Part shown: positions 31,308-41,223 of the stretch, piece by piece
Layout: each line of letters starts with the position of its first letter
Numbering within the stretch: the first letter of the stretch is position 1
IMG/VR virus record: IMGVR_UViG_3300037424_000442
Location: 1 to 54,328 of that record
From: a virus
DNA length: 54,328 nucleotides
Strand: one strand, 5' to 3'
Program-made: the position numbers and the translations under genes
The notes under the pieces: model-generated
What the model was told of the DNA's origin: nothing
What the model saw: the letters and a program-made list of their open reading frames with translations, nothing else
The model's database searches: none

Positions 31308-32650
31308 CTAATTGTTACCGTCCCTCTTCCAAATATATCTCCGCTATCAGCCACTTGATCCGCAGCGGGTGAAGTCATTGTATAATCTGTTAAAAAAGCA
31401 CCTGTAGAATCTTGTATTTGCAATAAAAACGATTCAATAGAGCTTAACTTAACGTCTTCGCTTACATCCGCATTATCTATAAAAAATATGGCCAATTGAT
31501 CTCTAATGGCGTTCTGCATTGTTACCGTATTTGGAGTAATCGATGTAAACACAAAATCTACAGCTTCCGAGTTTGGGGCTAATACAAATAAATTATCAGA
31601 AGCCGTTAAAGAAGGCCAGTTACCATCTGCAATTATTTGAGCTTTTGTCTCAGCCAACTTAGCTGCACTTGGAATAATAGAAGCATCATTATCTCTCAAC
31701 ACATAAACAACCGTTTCACCTAAGTTGGGCAGATATCCAACCGTGCCTCTAGTACCGCCAGTTACGACAAAGCCATCGACGTCAACCTCTGGCCGTAGTA
31801 CATAAACCCTAGTATTGCCAACTACTTTTTTAGCTGAATATTTTATCATACTTTCAGTTGAAATACCCACGGTTAGCGAATGAGACTCGCCTGTACGCTC
31901 TCTATAATCTTCTATTTCTTCTTCTTCTATCCCCCCATCAATACCATCAACTCCAACATATACTGTATCATCTATATCAACAACATCAATTATTAACGTT
32001 CCCCCAGCTTCAATGTTTACGTCATCGCCAGTCTCAACACTTTCTATATCAAGTAATGCGTAATTGCTTGTATAAACGCCCGTATCTGTTGTTGCTGGAC
32101 TTGAATCGACCTCATATGTAAAGGTTTCAGAATCTAAAACAGTAATTATAAAAGTGCCGTTGTATTCCGGCTGTACTGCACCTGAAATTACAACTTCTAA
32201 GCCCGTAGATAATGTATGTTCAACATCTGTTTCGGCAGTTACTATACCCGCACTTTCAGACAAATCTACATCGCCAGTATAAGTAATTATATAAGCGTCT
32301 TGAGTTACTATATAATTCTTGCCTCTTGCCGTTAGTGGAGTATCTTGAGGCACTAATATTGCTAAAGTTCCCTCAACTGCACCAAAGCCATTTGACTTTT
32401 GAGCCTCATATCTAGTCGTTTTATCGTACTCACCTATCAACTCTAAATAATCATCATCGGCAGTTTGCCAAAACATCTGTTCTACCGCATCGTTTATACC
32501 TTCTTGAACACCCACACCTGCAATAGCGGAAGCTCCAGCTACAGCACGCCCTAAACTGGCTTCTATGGTAGGATCAATTTCAGGAAGCTCTTTATTGAAT
32601 TTACCAACAACTAAATAAAATAAATCTTTAAACGATTTAAGACTGAGCAT
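31304..32650 (-). CDS. baseplate J-like protein (Mu gp47-like)
   Basis: 448 aa; position between the gp46-like and gp48-like genes. Confidence 0.6.
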   Translation of the reverse strand: MLSLKSFKDLFYLVVGKFNKELPEIDPTIEASLGRAVAGASAIAGVGVQEGINDAVEQMFWQTADDDYLELIGEYDKTTRYEAQKSNGFGAVEGTLAILVPQDTPLTARGKNYIVTQDAYIITYTGDVDLSESAGIVTAETDVEHTLSTGLEVVISGAVQPEYNGTFIITVLDSETFTYEVDSSPATTDTGVYTSNYALLDIESVETGDDVNIEAGGTLIIDVVDIDDTVYVGVDGIDGGIEEEEIEDYRERTGESHSLTVGISTESMIKYSAKKVVGNTRVYVLRPEVDVDGFVVTGGTRGTVGYLPNLGETVVYVLRDNDASIIPSAAKLAETKAQIIADGNWPSLTASDNLFVLAPNSEAVDFVFTSITPNTVTMQNAIRDQLAIFFIDNADVSEDVKLSSIESFLLQIQDSTGAFLTDYTMTSPAADQVADSGDIFGRGTVTIS

Positions 32651-33077
32651 CTGTGCTTCTCCATAATTTACTATAACGCTTTACGTTATCCATGCTTATT
32701 TGTATTGTGCCTTCTATATTATTACCATTAACATTAGCTCTAACTTCCTGCGCGGAGTTAATAGACTTAAAATAATTTAAAGCGTCAACTGCGTATGCTG
32801 CTATTTCGTTTCTATCTGATTGAGTATCTCTTGATTGATATTTCAGATATAATAATGATCCTACTTCATACCCGTTGCCTTTTGTAATCAAATCGCCCAT
32901 CCACCCCTGTCGTTTCCTAGCACTTGATACATCGTCAGAGCTTGACCGTCTATCTATGAATAGTTGGAAATTAAAAGCTGTTTCCATGCCGTCAACTGAT
33001 TCAAATATCATATTATCTTCATCAACAGAGATATCAAATGTGCTATCATTTTTTTGGACAACTTTAAAATCTTGCAT
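32637..33077 (-). CDS. Mu gp46-like baseplate protein
   Basis: FQLFIDRRSS...RQGWMGDL...GSLLYL ... AVDALNYF matches the GP46 family pattern (SLftDrRa...GWWgd...GS.LW...eAL.Wl). Confidence 0.6.
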   Translation of the reverse strand: MQDFKVVQKNDSTFDISVDEDNMIFESVDGMETAFNFQLFIDRRSSSDDVSSARKRQGWMGDLITKGNGYEVGSLLYLKYQSRDTQSDRNEIAAYAVDALNYFKSINSAQEVRANVNGNNIEGTIQISMDNVKRYSKLWRSTDAQS

Positions 33078-33611
33078 TTAATCCTCCGCCACAGACGGCA
33101 ATTTTACTTTACTTACCTTACAATTAGTAAAATCTGCCGTTGAATTTGCTGTCGGCTTACCAACACTTCCAGAACAAGCCATGCTCTCTCCATCAATTAA
33201 AGTAAAACCCACACTTGCAGAGGTATGAACATGATTATTATGGTCGCTTTTAAGTTGGTCTAATTGTGTTTTAAGCTCATTATATCTAACTGCAAAATCT
33301 GTACTATCCGTTTGACCTACCCGTATATTTATAATGTTCCCTGTTTTAAATTTAATCCTTGCATTCTCAGTTGGCATACCAAAGGCAACCTCATTTTCTT
33401 CCAATTCGTCTATGTTAATCGGGTCCGTAGGATAGCATATTTGACTATCTTCTTTTCCATCTTGACAAAACGATATTATAAAACTTTCGTCTGGAATATT
33501 TGCCATCATCCCATAAGGCATTATTAAAAGAGCTTCCCTCTTTACTCCCAAATGTTCAAACTCAATAACGCTTGCACTTATTTTTTTAGTCTTTAGACCC
33601 ACTTTTGTCAT
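33078..33611 (-). CDS. baseplate spike/assembly protein (Mu gp45 / gpV-like)
   Basis: Size and position. MPYGMMANIPDESFIISF resembles the gp45 N-terminal OB region. Confidence 0.5.
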   Translation of the reverse strand: MTKVGLKTKKISASVIEFEHLGVKREALLIMPYGMMANIPDESFIISFCQDGKEDSQICYPTDPINIDELEENEVAFGMPTENARIKFKTGNIINIRVGQTDSTDFAVRYNELKTQLDQLKSDHNNHVHTSASVGFTLIDGESMACSGSVGKPTANSTADFTNCKVSKVKLPSVAED

Positions 33612-34801
33612 TTAATACTCCTCACTGGAATATTTACCTGCTGGTCTGGATAAATTAAGTCTGGATTTTTAATTTGTGGATTTGCCTGTATAAGTTCCTG
33701 CAATAGTACACCCTGCTCTTTTGCAATCTTATACAAAGCATCCCCTTTTACAACTGTATAAGTGTTATCTTTTGCTAAAGCTCCATAAGCATCTGGATAA
33801 GTTAGATTCATAAATGTCTTTTCGCCGTTTATGGAATAACTATAGTGAACATCTTTAATCAAAAAATCACCCTGAACACCTTTTTTTATATCTTTTACGG
33901 AAGCTAAAAGTCCATCCTCCCAAAGTTCACCATTGCCAGAAAATCCCGCAACTTCACACGAATAATTAAAGCCTCTAATTTTTCTAATATTAGCTTCTTC
34001 TTCTGCCGCCTTTTGACATTCGCTTGAGGTCATAGGGCTTTCTGCGATTTTCTCAAATATCCTAGTCGATCTTATAGTATCATCGATATACTCACCTTTA
34101 GCGTTCATGTTCTTTTTTAAATCTTTTCCATTCGTCTTACTTGATGTAAGATTGCTATTTGACCTTACTATATATTTACTAAACCTTTCTGAGATATCGT
34201 TATTATATGTGCTATTTATAATATTATTATTTTTGCCATCTTTAATTTGTAGCAACATAGTTTTTAGCTTGCCTGTTGGAGTCCTCATTATAATATCACC
34301 GTCTCCGTTAGACACAGGGAATACGCTTACTTTCCTTGCATATTTCTGCAAAAACTCACCGCACTTTTGACCTATTTCAGCACCTTTATCATCTGGGGAA
34401 AATGTCGCTCCAATTTCATCTATAACGCTTATATCCGTAATCCCTAAACCCTTTATACAAAGATTCCATAAATCAGCATACTTTAAAACACCCTTAACAA
34501 ACTTAACATTATCCGGTACGCTCGAATCAACAACATCCATTGCTTTACTTCTTGCTCTATATTCTATATCATGCGATGTATCACTCTCATTTTCTGAAAT
34601 ACTATCAGTATAACCAGTAAATGCCTTTACACTATCAAGCCAAACTTCAATTAGATCACCTTCAATAATAAAAGAGGAATCATTAACTTGTTCACTAACA
34701 ATAATACGGGTTTCTCTTAACATTTCGTCTAAAGATGTTGTCAAGTCTAATTGCTTGAATAGATTATATGTCGTCCCGTTTACACGAACATCTACACTCA
34801 T
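33608..34801 (-). CDS. baseplate hub protein (Mu gp44 / gpD-like) with C-terminal LysM domain
   Basis: C-terminus YTVVKGDALYKIAKEQGVLLQELIQANPQIKNPDLIYPDQQVNIP is a LysM motif. Position after the gp43-like gene. Confidence 0.6.
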   Translation of the reverse strand: MSVDVRVNGTTYNLFKQLDLTTSLDEMLRETRIIVSEQVNDSSFIIEGDLIEVWLDSVKAFTGYTDSISENESDTSHDIEYRARSKAMDVVDSSVPDNVKFVKGVLKYADLWNLCIKGLGITDISVIDEIGATFSPDDKGAEIGQKCGEFLQKYARKVSVFPVSNGDGDIIMRTPTGKLKTMLLQIKDGKNNNIINSTYNNDISERFSKYIVRSNSNLTSSKTNGKDLKKNMNAKGEYIDDTIRSTRIFEKIAESPMTSSECQKAAEEEANIRKIRGFNYSCEVAGFSGNGELWEDGLLASVKDIKKGVQGDFLIKDVHYSYSINGEKTFMNLTYPDAYGALAKDNTYTVVKGDALYKIAKEQGVLLQELIQANPQIKNPDLIYPDQQVNIPVRSIK

Positions 34802-36108
34802 CTTAACTCCAATACTTTTACAGTTCCTTGCATTGCATGCGCAGGTAACGATCTATTTAAACCTCTTATAAGATCACTAACAGCATTAAGTTGATCTTCG
34901 TTCTTTATATATTCTCCGTATAGTTCATATGTTAATAATTTTGACGAATAAGGTCTCTCTACATTTATTTCAACAACATTAAAAGCATTCTGTCTTTTTT
35001 TCGACAACACACTTTCTGTTAATATTTTAACCTTATCTATACTTGGTTTCATCTTGGGTACGATAATTCCAGTTATATCATTTTCTATAAGCTCGCTATA
35101 ATACAAGTCAAGTAATTTAGTTGTACTGTCAATTTCCAGAGTTGTATTATAAGTTCTTTGTGCAGCGTTTTCCATCATTGAAATTAGACCACACAATCTA
35201 AAAATATTTACAGCACAATATCTATTTATATTCCTTTGTATTCTTCTTAAAGTCTCAGTCCCCCAAATATTTATTGTTGTATCAATTTTTTTTGGATCGT
35301 AAACTCTTGCATCTGGCATAATAAAAGGTTTTGGTATATGCCCATCTCTTATCTCGTTCATAGAGTTAGGTAAATTATTCCCACAAACGGCAATTTTTCT
35401 AAAGTTATAAAACGACTTGCTCGTATTTTGCCTTGCTACTACTTGCATCAATCCAATAGGGGCAAATGGGCTTAGTAACAATGCACCCATTCCAGCGGGA
35501 CTTGTTAATCTTTTTGGTAAGTTCCTTAAAAACAAAGTTGTAGCAAAGGATAATCCTGTAATACTGTTTATTACACCTGCCAAATTAACAAAATCACTAT
35601 TCGCAACTGTGAGATTATTTATACCAGTAGGTCTTTCGTAGCTATCCTCAAAACTCGCTTGCAAATCCTCCCTTGAATCCGCACCTGCTGAGTAGACATC
35701 CTCACTCGAGGGGTCGCTTTCCGTCGGTGAAGGCTTCTCGATAGTTTCGGTAAATGTTACGGGTATTGATATTTCACCAATATTAGTTTGATCTGCGCTT
35801 GCGCTTGCCTCAATTGCTACTATATTATTGAACACCCCGAAAGTTGGTAATACTAATCTCCCGGGAGCCGGATTATTAAGTGCATTTTTAAATGCGTTAA
35901 AATCATCCCTCCATGTATCCCCTGAGAAAAAAATATCTAACGTTGTCGAAAAAGGCTTTTTACCCTGTCTCTCTACATATTGACTGCTCGTATTCGGGTA
36001 TCCGTGTATAATTGATTTTTGACCAATGCTATCAAGAGACTCTTTTCTTATTTTGAATGAGATGTTTTTATATTTTGCTGGTAACAATACTAGAGTTCTG
36101 CTTGCCAT
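34798..36108 (-). CDS. Mu gp43-like tail protein (DNA circulation N-terminal domain-like)
   Basis: LPAKYKNISFKI......G.KSIIHGYPN...YVERQGKKP resembles the DNA_circ_N pattern. Position after the tape measure gene. Confidence 0.55.
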   Translation of the reverse strand: MASRTLVLLPAKYKNISFKIRKESLDSIGQKSIIHGYPNTSSQYVERQGKKPFSTTLDIFFSGDTWRDDFNAFKNALNNPAPGRLVLPTFGVFNNIVAIEASASADQTNIGEISIPVTFTETIEKPSPTESDPSSEDVYSAGADSREDLQASFEDSYERPTGINNLTVANSDFVNLAGVINSITGLSFATTLFLRNLPKRLTSPAGMGALLLSPFAPIGLMQVVARQNTSKSFYNFRKIAVCGNNLPNSMNEIRDGHIPKPFIMPDARVYDPKKIDTTINIWGTETLRRIQRNINRYCAVNIFRLCGLISMMENAAQRTYNTTLEIDSTTKLLDLYYSELIENDITGIIVPKMKPSIDKVKILTESVLSKKRQNAFNVVEINVERPYSSKLLTYELYGEYIKNEDQLNAVSDLIRGLNRSLPAHAMQGTVKVLELR

Positions 36109-37740
36109 TTAAAACCTCACTGGATTACTACCAGACATTTGATAACCTAAATTATCTCGCTTCTTAAAAGGAGATACCTTCATATTATTTTCTGTGAATA
36201 CGCTTAAGTCAGTCTTTACATTAACCTGAGTCTTGTCTTTGCCCTTCATGCTTAATTCTTTACTCTTTGACTCGCCTATATTTAAACCTAACGTTTCCTT
36301 TATTTTGTCAAGTCCCTCAAAGGCTTTTCCGGTTATCCCTTTCATAAATGGTATTTTATCAATCAATGTAAGTAATGCTTCAATCGGGGCTATTATTCCT
36401 CGAAGTATCGCTTTACCTATTTCTAATATAGCACCTAAAATATCACCGCCTTTAAATTTTTCAATAATAATATCCCATGATGCTGCCACAGAGCGTATCA
36501 TTTCAATTGTTATTACTAAGACCGCATTTATAGGAGATAGAATCATCAATAATCCTTTTAATCTATCCCACCACTTAGTTGTAAAGGCAATAACTTGTTT
36601 ATAATAAATAATGAGTAAAATTATAGCTGCAGTTAAAGCTCCTATACCTACAATTATTAACCCTATTGGATTTGCTGTCATTGCGGCGTTTATTGCCCAT
36701 TGTGCTACTTGCCAAACTATATACGCTTTATGTGCGACCCAAATACCAGCCGCTAAAGCGAGTATAACAGGAATAAACGGCTTTACTATTTTAAAAACAG
36801 TATAAAAAACTTTCCAAAGCGTTGTTAATGTCCAGACTAATTCTTTTACATACTTATCTATTTTAGTTTTGATTAAATCTTTATTAGCCTGCACCCATTT
36901 TAATAAGTTCCCTGCAATTACAATGCCTTTTGTAACAAGTTCTTTAATATATGGCAATAACGAAGTACCAATACTTGCGGCAGTGATTGCAATGTTATCT
37001 TTAAAAGTTGACCATACACCGCTTAACGTTTTACTTGATATTTCCATCCCTTTAAAATATATGCCCCCCTGACTGGTCATCTTTTGAAACACTTTATTTA
37101 ACATTTCAGTCCCAACAGTACCTTTGGATATTTCCTTAAACATACCAGCCATGTTGTCTTTCTCATACCCCATCATATCGGCCATTTCAGTAAATATAGG
37201 CACTCCTGCCTCAGCGATCATGTTTAAAGACTCCATATCAACTTTACCTTTTAACATCGCTTTAGTAAAGCCACGTGTGATTGAATCCAGTTTTTGAGCA
37301 TTCCCTCCTGCCGTATCTCCTAGCATCCTGAAAGTATTTGCTGTTTTTTCTATGTCTCCATTCATTACGGGTAACAACTGTTTTGCTGTGGCTGCTATAT
37401 TCTCAAATTGAAAAGGAGTCGTTGCTGCCTCAATATTTAGCCTTTCAACTAACTGAGTCGCTTTCTCAGCGCCTCCCATAAGCGGCGTGAATGCTGCCAC
37501 CACATTCTCCATTTTAGAGGCCTGACTTATCATAAACCCGATGCCTGTAGTAATACCTGCTATTCCTACAATAGCAAACTTCTTTGCAGCATCTCCTATG
37601 CCTTTGGCAAATTTCTGAGCATGCATCTTCGCTTTATCTGCATCCATCTGAAATTTTTTTGTAGCAGCAGACATTTTTTTTATTGTATTTGAATACTGAT
37701 CTATGAGTTTATATACATATTCAATCGCTCTATTAGCCAT
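36109..37740 (-). CDS. tail tape measure protein
   Basis: 543 aa with helical and hydrophobic segments. QLVERLNIEAATTPFQFENIAATAKQLL resembles the TP901-type TMP core. Confidence 0.8.
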   Translation of the reverse strand: MANRAIEYVYKLIDQYSNTIKKMSAATKKFQMDADKAKMHAQKFAKGIGDAAKKFAIVGIAGITTGIGFMISQASKMENVVAAFTPLMGGAEKATQLVERLNIEAATTPFQFENIAATAKQLLPVMNGDIEKTANTFRMLGDTAGGNAQKLDSITRGFTKAMLKGKVDMESLNMIAEAGVPIFTEMADMMGYEKDNMAGMFKEISKGTVGTEMLNKVFQKMTSQGGIYFKGMEISSKTLSGVWSTFKDNIAITAASIGTSLLPYIKELVTKGIVIAGNLLKWVQANKDLIKTKIDKYVKELVWTLTTLWKVFYTVFKIVKPFIPVILALAAGIWVAHKAYIVWQVAQWAINAAMTANPIGLIIVGIGALTAAIILLIIYYKQVIAFTTKWWDRLKGLLMILSPINAVLVITIEMIRSVAASWDIIIEKFKGGDILGAILEIGKAILRGIIAPIEALLTLIDKIPFMKGITGKAFEGLDKIKETLGLNIGESKSKELSMKGKDKTQVNVKTDLSVFTENNMKVSPFKKRDNLGYQMSGSNPVRF

Positions 37741-38409
37741 CTTGTATCTCTTTACCTATCCGTTCTAATTCCCTTATTATTATTTGTCTCTCGAAAAAGG
37801 GTTTTTCCAAAAACTCTTGGTATCCGATTCCTCCGTTGGTTGCGCAAGCAACTCTTGTTGCGTTTCGCTGTCTAATGTCTCCCCTTGCTCGGACTTCGTT
37901 TCCTTTTTTGGACTTATAGCATATAGTCTCTGCAAGGGATTGACGAAAAAAGCAGAATACCAAAATATTATTTTTAACTTATCGTTTCTGTGCATAGTAT
38001 CCCATACAGGTTTTGTCATAGGAGACCCGCCATCAAGTTTAATAACCCCAGATCGCAAAATCCCATTAAACTCAATAATTATTTCACTCATCTTTACTTC
38101 TTTGCAATTCCTTATCATAAATTCTAAACCAGAAGCTCTTTCCTGTATCTCCTTATCTGAGGGACAATCTTTATCAAAAAAATCATCCTCTTCAAGCTCT
38201 CCAGACGGTACTTCTTTCTGCTTTCTGCCTGTTTCAAATATGGGTATATCTAATAATTGTTCTAAATTAAACGCTGCGAGTTCAGCACTACTGTTTATAT
38301 CATTGCATATAATAACGCTTCTTTCTTCTAATCTCCCATTGACTGCCATTTTATATGGCTTATCAGTTTTAATAATTAGAATGCCGTCTTTTCGTGAAGT
38401 TCTAGGCAT
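37733..38409 (-). CDS. tail assembly chaperone, predicted -1 frameshift fusion product
   Basis: A -1 slip at 37951..37945 joins the zero frame to the ORF ending at 37733, which overlaps the tape measure start. Confidence 0.45.
37780..38409 (-). CDS. tail assembly chaperone (zero-frame product)
   Basis: Located between the tube and tape measure genes. Contains a T_TTT_TTC slippery heptamer leading into an overlapping -1 ORF. Confidence 0.6.
   Translation of the reverse strand: MPRTSRKDGILIIKTDKPYKMAVNGRLEERSVIICNDINSSAELAAFNLEQLLDIPIFETGRKQKEVPSGELEEDDFFDKDCPSDKEIQERASGLEFMIRNCKEVKMSEIIIEFNGILRSGVIKLDGGSPMTKPVWDTMHRNDKLKIIFWYSAFFVNPLQRLYAISPKKETKSEQGETLDSETQQELLAQPTEESDTKSFWKNPFSRDK
37945..37951 (-). 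promoter_or_regulatory. -1 programmed ribosomal frameshift slippery heptamer T_TTT_TTC
   Basis: In the zero frame (GC)T TTT TTC. The -1 frame reads TTT TTT CGT and stays open for 70 more codons. Confidence 0.5.
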
Positions 38410-38421
38410 TTATTTCTCCTT

Positions 38422-38811
38422 TTAATAATTTTCGTTTAGTGGATCACCTTCAAATATAACTTCGACAGTTCCGTCCGCTGATGCTTCAAAATCAGGATCG
38501 TTTGTCATTGACATCCTCTGACCTACTTTTGGAGCGGTAACTGGTTGAGTTGCCACAATTACATTTGACTCTAGAAGTTCTTTCCATGTTGCTACTAATG
38601 ATATAGTTTCATCGGTGATATACATTTTCCAACTCATCATGCCGACTTTTTTCTCGGCATCTTCTGTATGAACTGACTCGGACGCTCCACCACCAAGTGA
38701 AGCGGCCCTTACTTTTGTTTCACCCTTACCTAATCTAAACTTAAAGGAGTTAGGCACTATCCCAATTGGAAAATTATTGACACTAATTCCGGGTACACTT
38801 AAACCTCTCAT
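38422..38811 (-). CDS. tail tube protein
   Basis: 129 aa, immediately downstream of the sheath gene. Confidence 0.6.
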   Translation of the reverse strand: MRGLSVPGISVNNFPIGIVPNSFKFRLGKGETKVRAASLGGGASESVHTEDAEKKVGMMSWKMYITDETISLVATWKELLESNVIVATQPVTAPKVGQRMSMTNDPDFEASADGTVEVIFEGDPLNENY

Positions 38812-38824
38812 ATATTAACCTCCA

Positions 38825-40396
38825 TTATGAGCTAGTTGAAAATGACATTTGGAATGTCATAATGAATTGTCTAAATTGTGTTACAATCGGCAGCTTACCA
38901 TATATTGTAACTTTACCAGTTGCTATGTCTGCTGTTACTGATAGATTCTGGAAAAAGTAAGATTCCGCATCTTTTCCAGCGACTAACAATACATAATCTG
39001 ATCCTGCAAGGCGTTTATATACACTTGAAATGTTACCTTTAATCTGGTCTTCATTTGTAATAGCTCTACCAGCTACTAGATCACCGCTTGTTAATCTGAA
39101 TTGTTTGTAATCAGATTTTAAAGTGTTGTAAATTACTTCAAGTGCTAAATAACCAGTTAAAACATAGTTGTAATATTTGAAAGATACATCGTCTTCACCG
39201 CGAGAGTTAAACTTGTACGTAGTTACAACTTCACCTGCAATCATTGAAGTACTCGATTCGTTTACTCCTATAATTGTAAACCCATCATCCTTAACATCAT
39301 CCTGCTCATCGCCTGTAAAAAGTAGTGAAGGCTCTACAATATGCGTTTGAGGTAACGGAGTATTATATAAAGCTAATGATGCTAACCCTGCGTTACCGAT
39401 TATATCTCTCTCGTTATCAACGGTTACATATTCCGAAATCGGAGCATCGTCTGTTTGTCTTAGAGCTACTATAGAAGCCAATTCAACCGCTCTAAAATCC
39501 GGTGGAGTGATTGTAACGGAAGTTGTTACAATTTGTCTATTGCCAACGTATATTAAGTTCGGAGAATTAAGCGGTGTAGCGCCGTTTACTAACGCTGTAA
39601 TAGCCGCCTGAGTTCCGTCAAAGCCAACAAAAGCTACACCATGTAGAAAGGCATTATCTATTACGTTCCTATCTTCAAGAAAATCACTCACAACAGTTGC
39701 GGTAGTCCACGGCCAGCTTATAGCGTGAAACCTCTGGGTAACAGCATTATCAAAGTAATTTGTTAATGTGGGGTCTGTTGCTCCACTCGCAAACTGTATT
39801 CTAGGGCTTCCAGTTACGGCTATTCCAGAAGGCAATCCTGTAATTTCGATTGTCCATTTATTTGGTATAGTTCCATCATCTGACGCAGTTAATGTTACCG
39901 TATCGCTAACAATGCCTGTTGTAGCTGGAAACTCTGGTATTGCCACAATCAAAGCATCGATTGCCGCTTTACAAGCAACTGCCGCATTATTTGGAGTTCC
40001 ACCAGATGCTATATCAAATGTAGTTATATACCATTCAGCATCAATAAGTTTTAGTGTAACGGTTGCCGCTGCCGCTGCGGTTGTGCCTGTAAATGCTAAA
40101 TCAGCAGTAGCATTTGTACCGGATGGTTGTGTAATTGGAATAACGTATATCGGGAAATAGCCTTGACAAATTTCTCTTGCTCTTAAAATTCTATTTGTCA
40201 ATTCTCCATTAGTACCGAATAATCCTTTTATTTCAGCCTTTGTCATGCTTTCGACGCCATCATATACGGCCTTAGATGTTGCCGTACCTGCCGTACCGAT
40301 AACACCTGTTATACATAATACAAATTGTTCAGGAGCTGCAAGTCCTCTAGCCGCTAGTAGTTGCGCCGTTCCTTTAGGTAAACTTGTTACCGACAT
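38825..40396 (-). CDS. contractile tail sheath protein
   Basis: 523 aa; size and position upstream of tube, chaperone and tape measure genes. Confidence 0.7.
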   Translation of the reverse strand: MSVTSLPKGTAQLLAARGLAAPEQFVLCITGVIGTAGTATSKAVYDGVESMTKAEIKGLFGTNGELTNRILRAREICQGYFPIYVIPITQPSGTNATADLAFTGTTAAAAATVTLKLIDAEWYITTFDIASGGTPNNAAVACKAAIDALIVAIPEFPATTGIVSDTVTLTASDDGTIPNKWTIEITGLPSGIAVTGSPRIQFASGATDPTLTNYFDNAVTQRFHAISWPWTTATVVSDFLEDRNVIDNAFLHGVAFVGFDGTQAAITALVNGATPLNSPNLIYVGNRQIVTTSVTITPPDFRAVELASIVALRQTDDAPISEYVTVDNERDIIGNAGLASLALYNTPLPQTHIVEPSLLFTGDEQDDVKDDGFTIIGVNESSTSMIAGEVVTTYKFNSRGEDDVSFKYYNYVLTGYLALEVIYNTLKSDYKQFRLTSGDLVAGRAITNEDQIKGNISSVYKRLAGSDYVLLVAGKDAESYFFQNLSVTADIATGKVTIYGKLPIVTQFRQFIMTFQMSFSTSS

Positions 40397-40405
40397 AAAT
40401 CCTCC

Positions 40406-41044
40406 TTACGATTCTATTGCCATGGGCAATAAATATCTAATTTTATTTTTATGAATAATGTTCATATTTATTTTATTATATTTTTCTCTATTTTTATTTT
40501 TTTCTAAAGGTCTAAGGTTCCTATAATTCCAACATTTCTTTTGTTCTGATTCTTTTTTTAAGTTAAATATTGAAATGGGGATTATGTGATCTATTTCCCA
40601 ATATTCCCCATAGTTATCCCAAGACATATTTAAATTAAAATTACTTTCAATGTGTTTTTTAAAATACGATATATTACACCCTAGTAATTCAGAAAATTTA
40701 TTATTCTTATATTTTCTTGTTGTCCTCCATACTTTATATCTTAATCTTTCTTTAAGTTTAAAATCGATGTCATTTTTTAATCTTTTATTTCTATATTTTC
40801 GCCTTGTTATCCTTTGTCTAACTATTTTATCTTCTTCATTTTTATATCTTGGTTTAGTTCCTACTTGTCTATTTTTACTTCTTTCCTTCTCCATCTCTCT
40901 TATATGATCGCATGATTTACAATAAGTAGAAATTCCATAATTTTTATGTTTATCCTTATAAAAACACTTCTTTTCTTTAATTTTTTTACACAAAGGACAT
41001 TTTTTATAAATAGTATTTTTATTTAGAATAAAAACACTACTCAT
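40406..41044 (-). CDS. HNH homing endonuclease
   Basis: N-terminal Cys4 (CPLCKK...CKSCD). HNH core EIDHIIPISIF...NYRNLRPLEKNKN. Very AT-rich and K-rich compared with the flanking structural genes. Confidence 0.7.
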   Translation of the reverse strand: MSSVFILNKNTIYKKCPLCKKIKEKKCFYKDKHKNYGISTYCKSCDHIREMEKERSKNRQVGTKPRYKNEEDKIVRQRITRRKYRNKRLKNDIDFKLKERLRYKVWRTTRKYKNNKFSELLGCNISYFKKHIESNFNLNMSWDNYGEYWEIDHIIPISIFNLKKESEQKKCWNYRNLRPLEKNKNREKYNKINMNIIHKNKIRYLLPMAIES

Positions 41045-41223
41045 AATTTACCGCCTTTATTTTCATATTCCATTTTTTCCATTTTATTCTCAACTTTCTT
41101 CTCAGGTTTATATGGCTTTAAACAATCACCTTCTTGAATAAGTCGTCTAATTCTCAAGCTGGAATCATTAACTATTTGTCCAACGTTTAATTTACCAACT
41201 TTTTTATCTACTATGTATTCCAT
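41041..41223 (-). CDS. hypothetical protein (60 aa)
   Basis: Co-oriented ORF with ATGA overlaps on both sides. Confidence 0.5.
   Translation of the reverse strand: MEYIVDKKVGKLNVGQIVNDSSLRIRRLIQEGDCLKPYKPEKKVENKMEKMEYENKGGKL

Noticed and set aside
37784-38425. 213-aa ORF on the plus strand
   Set aside because: It is exactly antisense to the tail chaperone gene in a genome where every supported gene is on the minus strand. It is Ser- and Leu-rich and of low complexity, typical of a shadow ORF.
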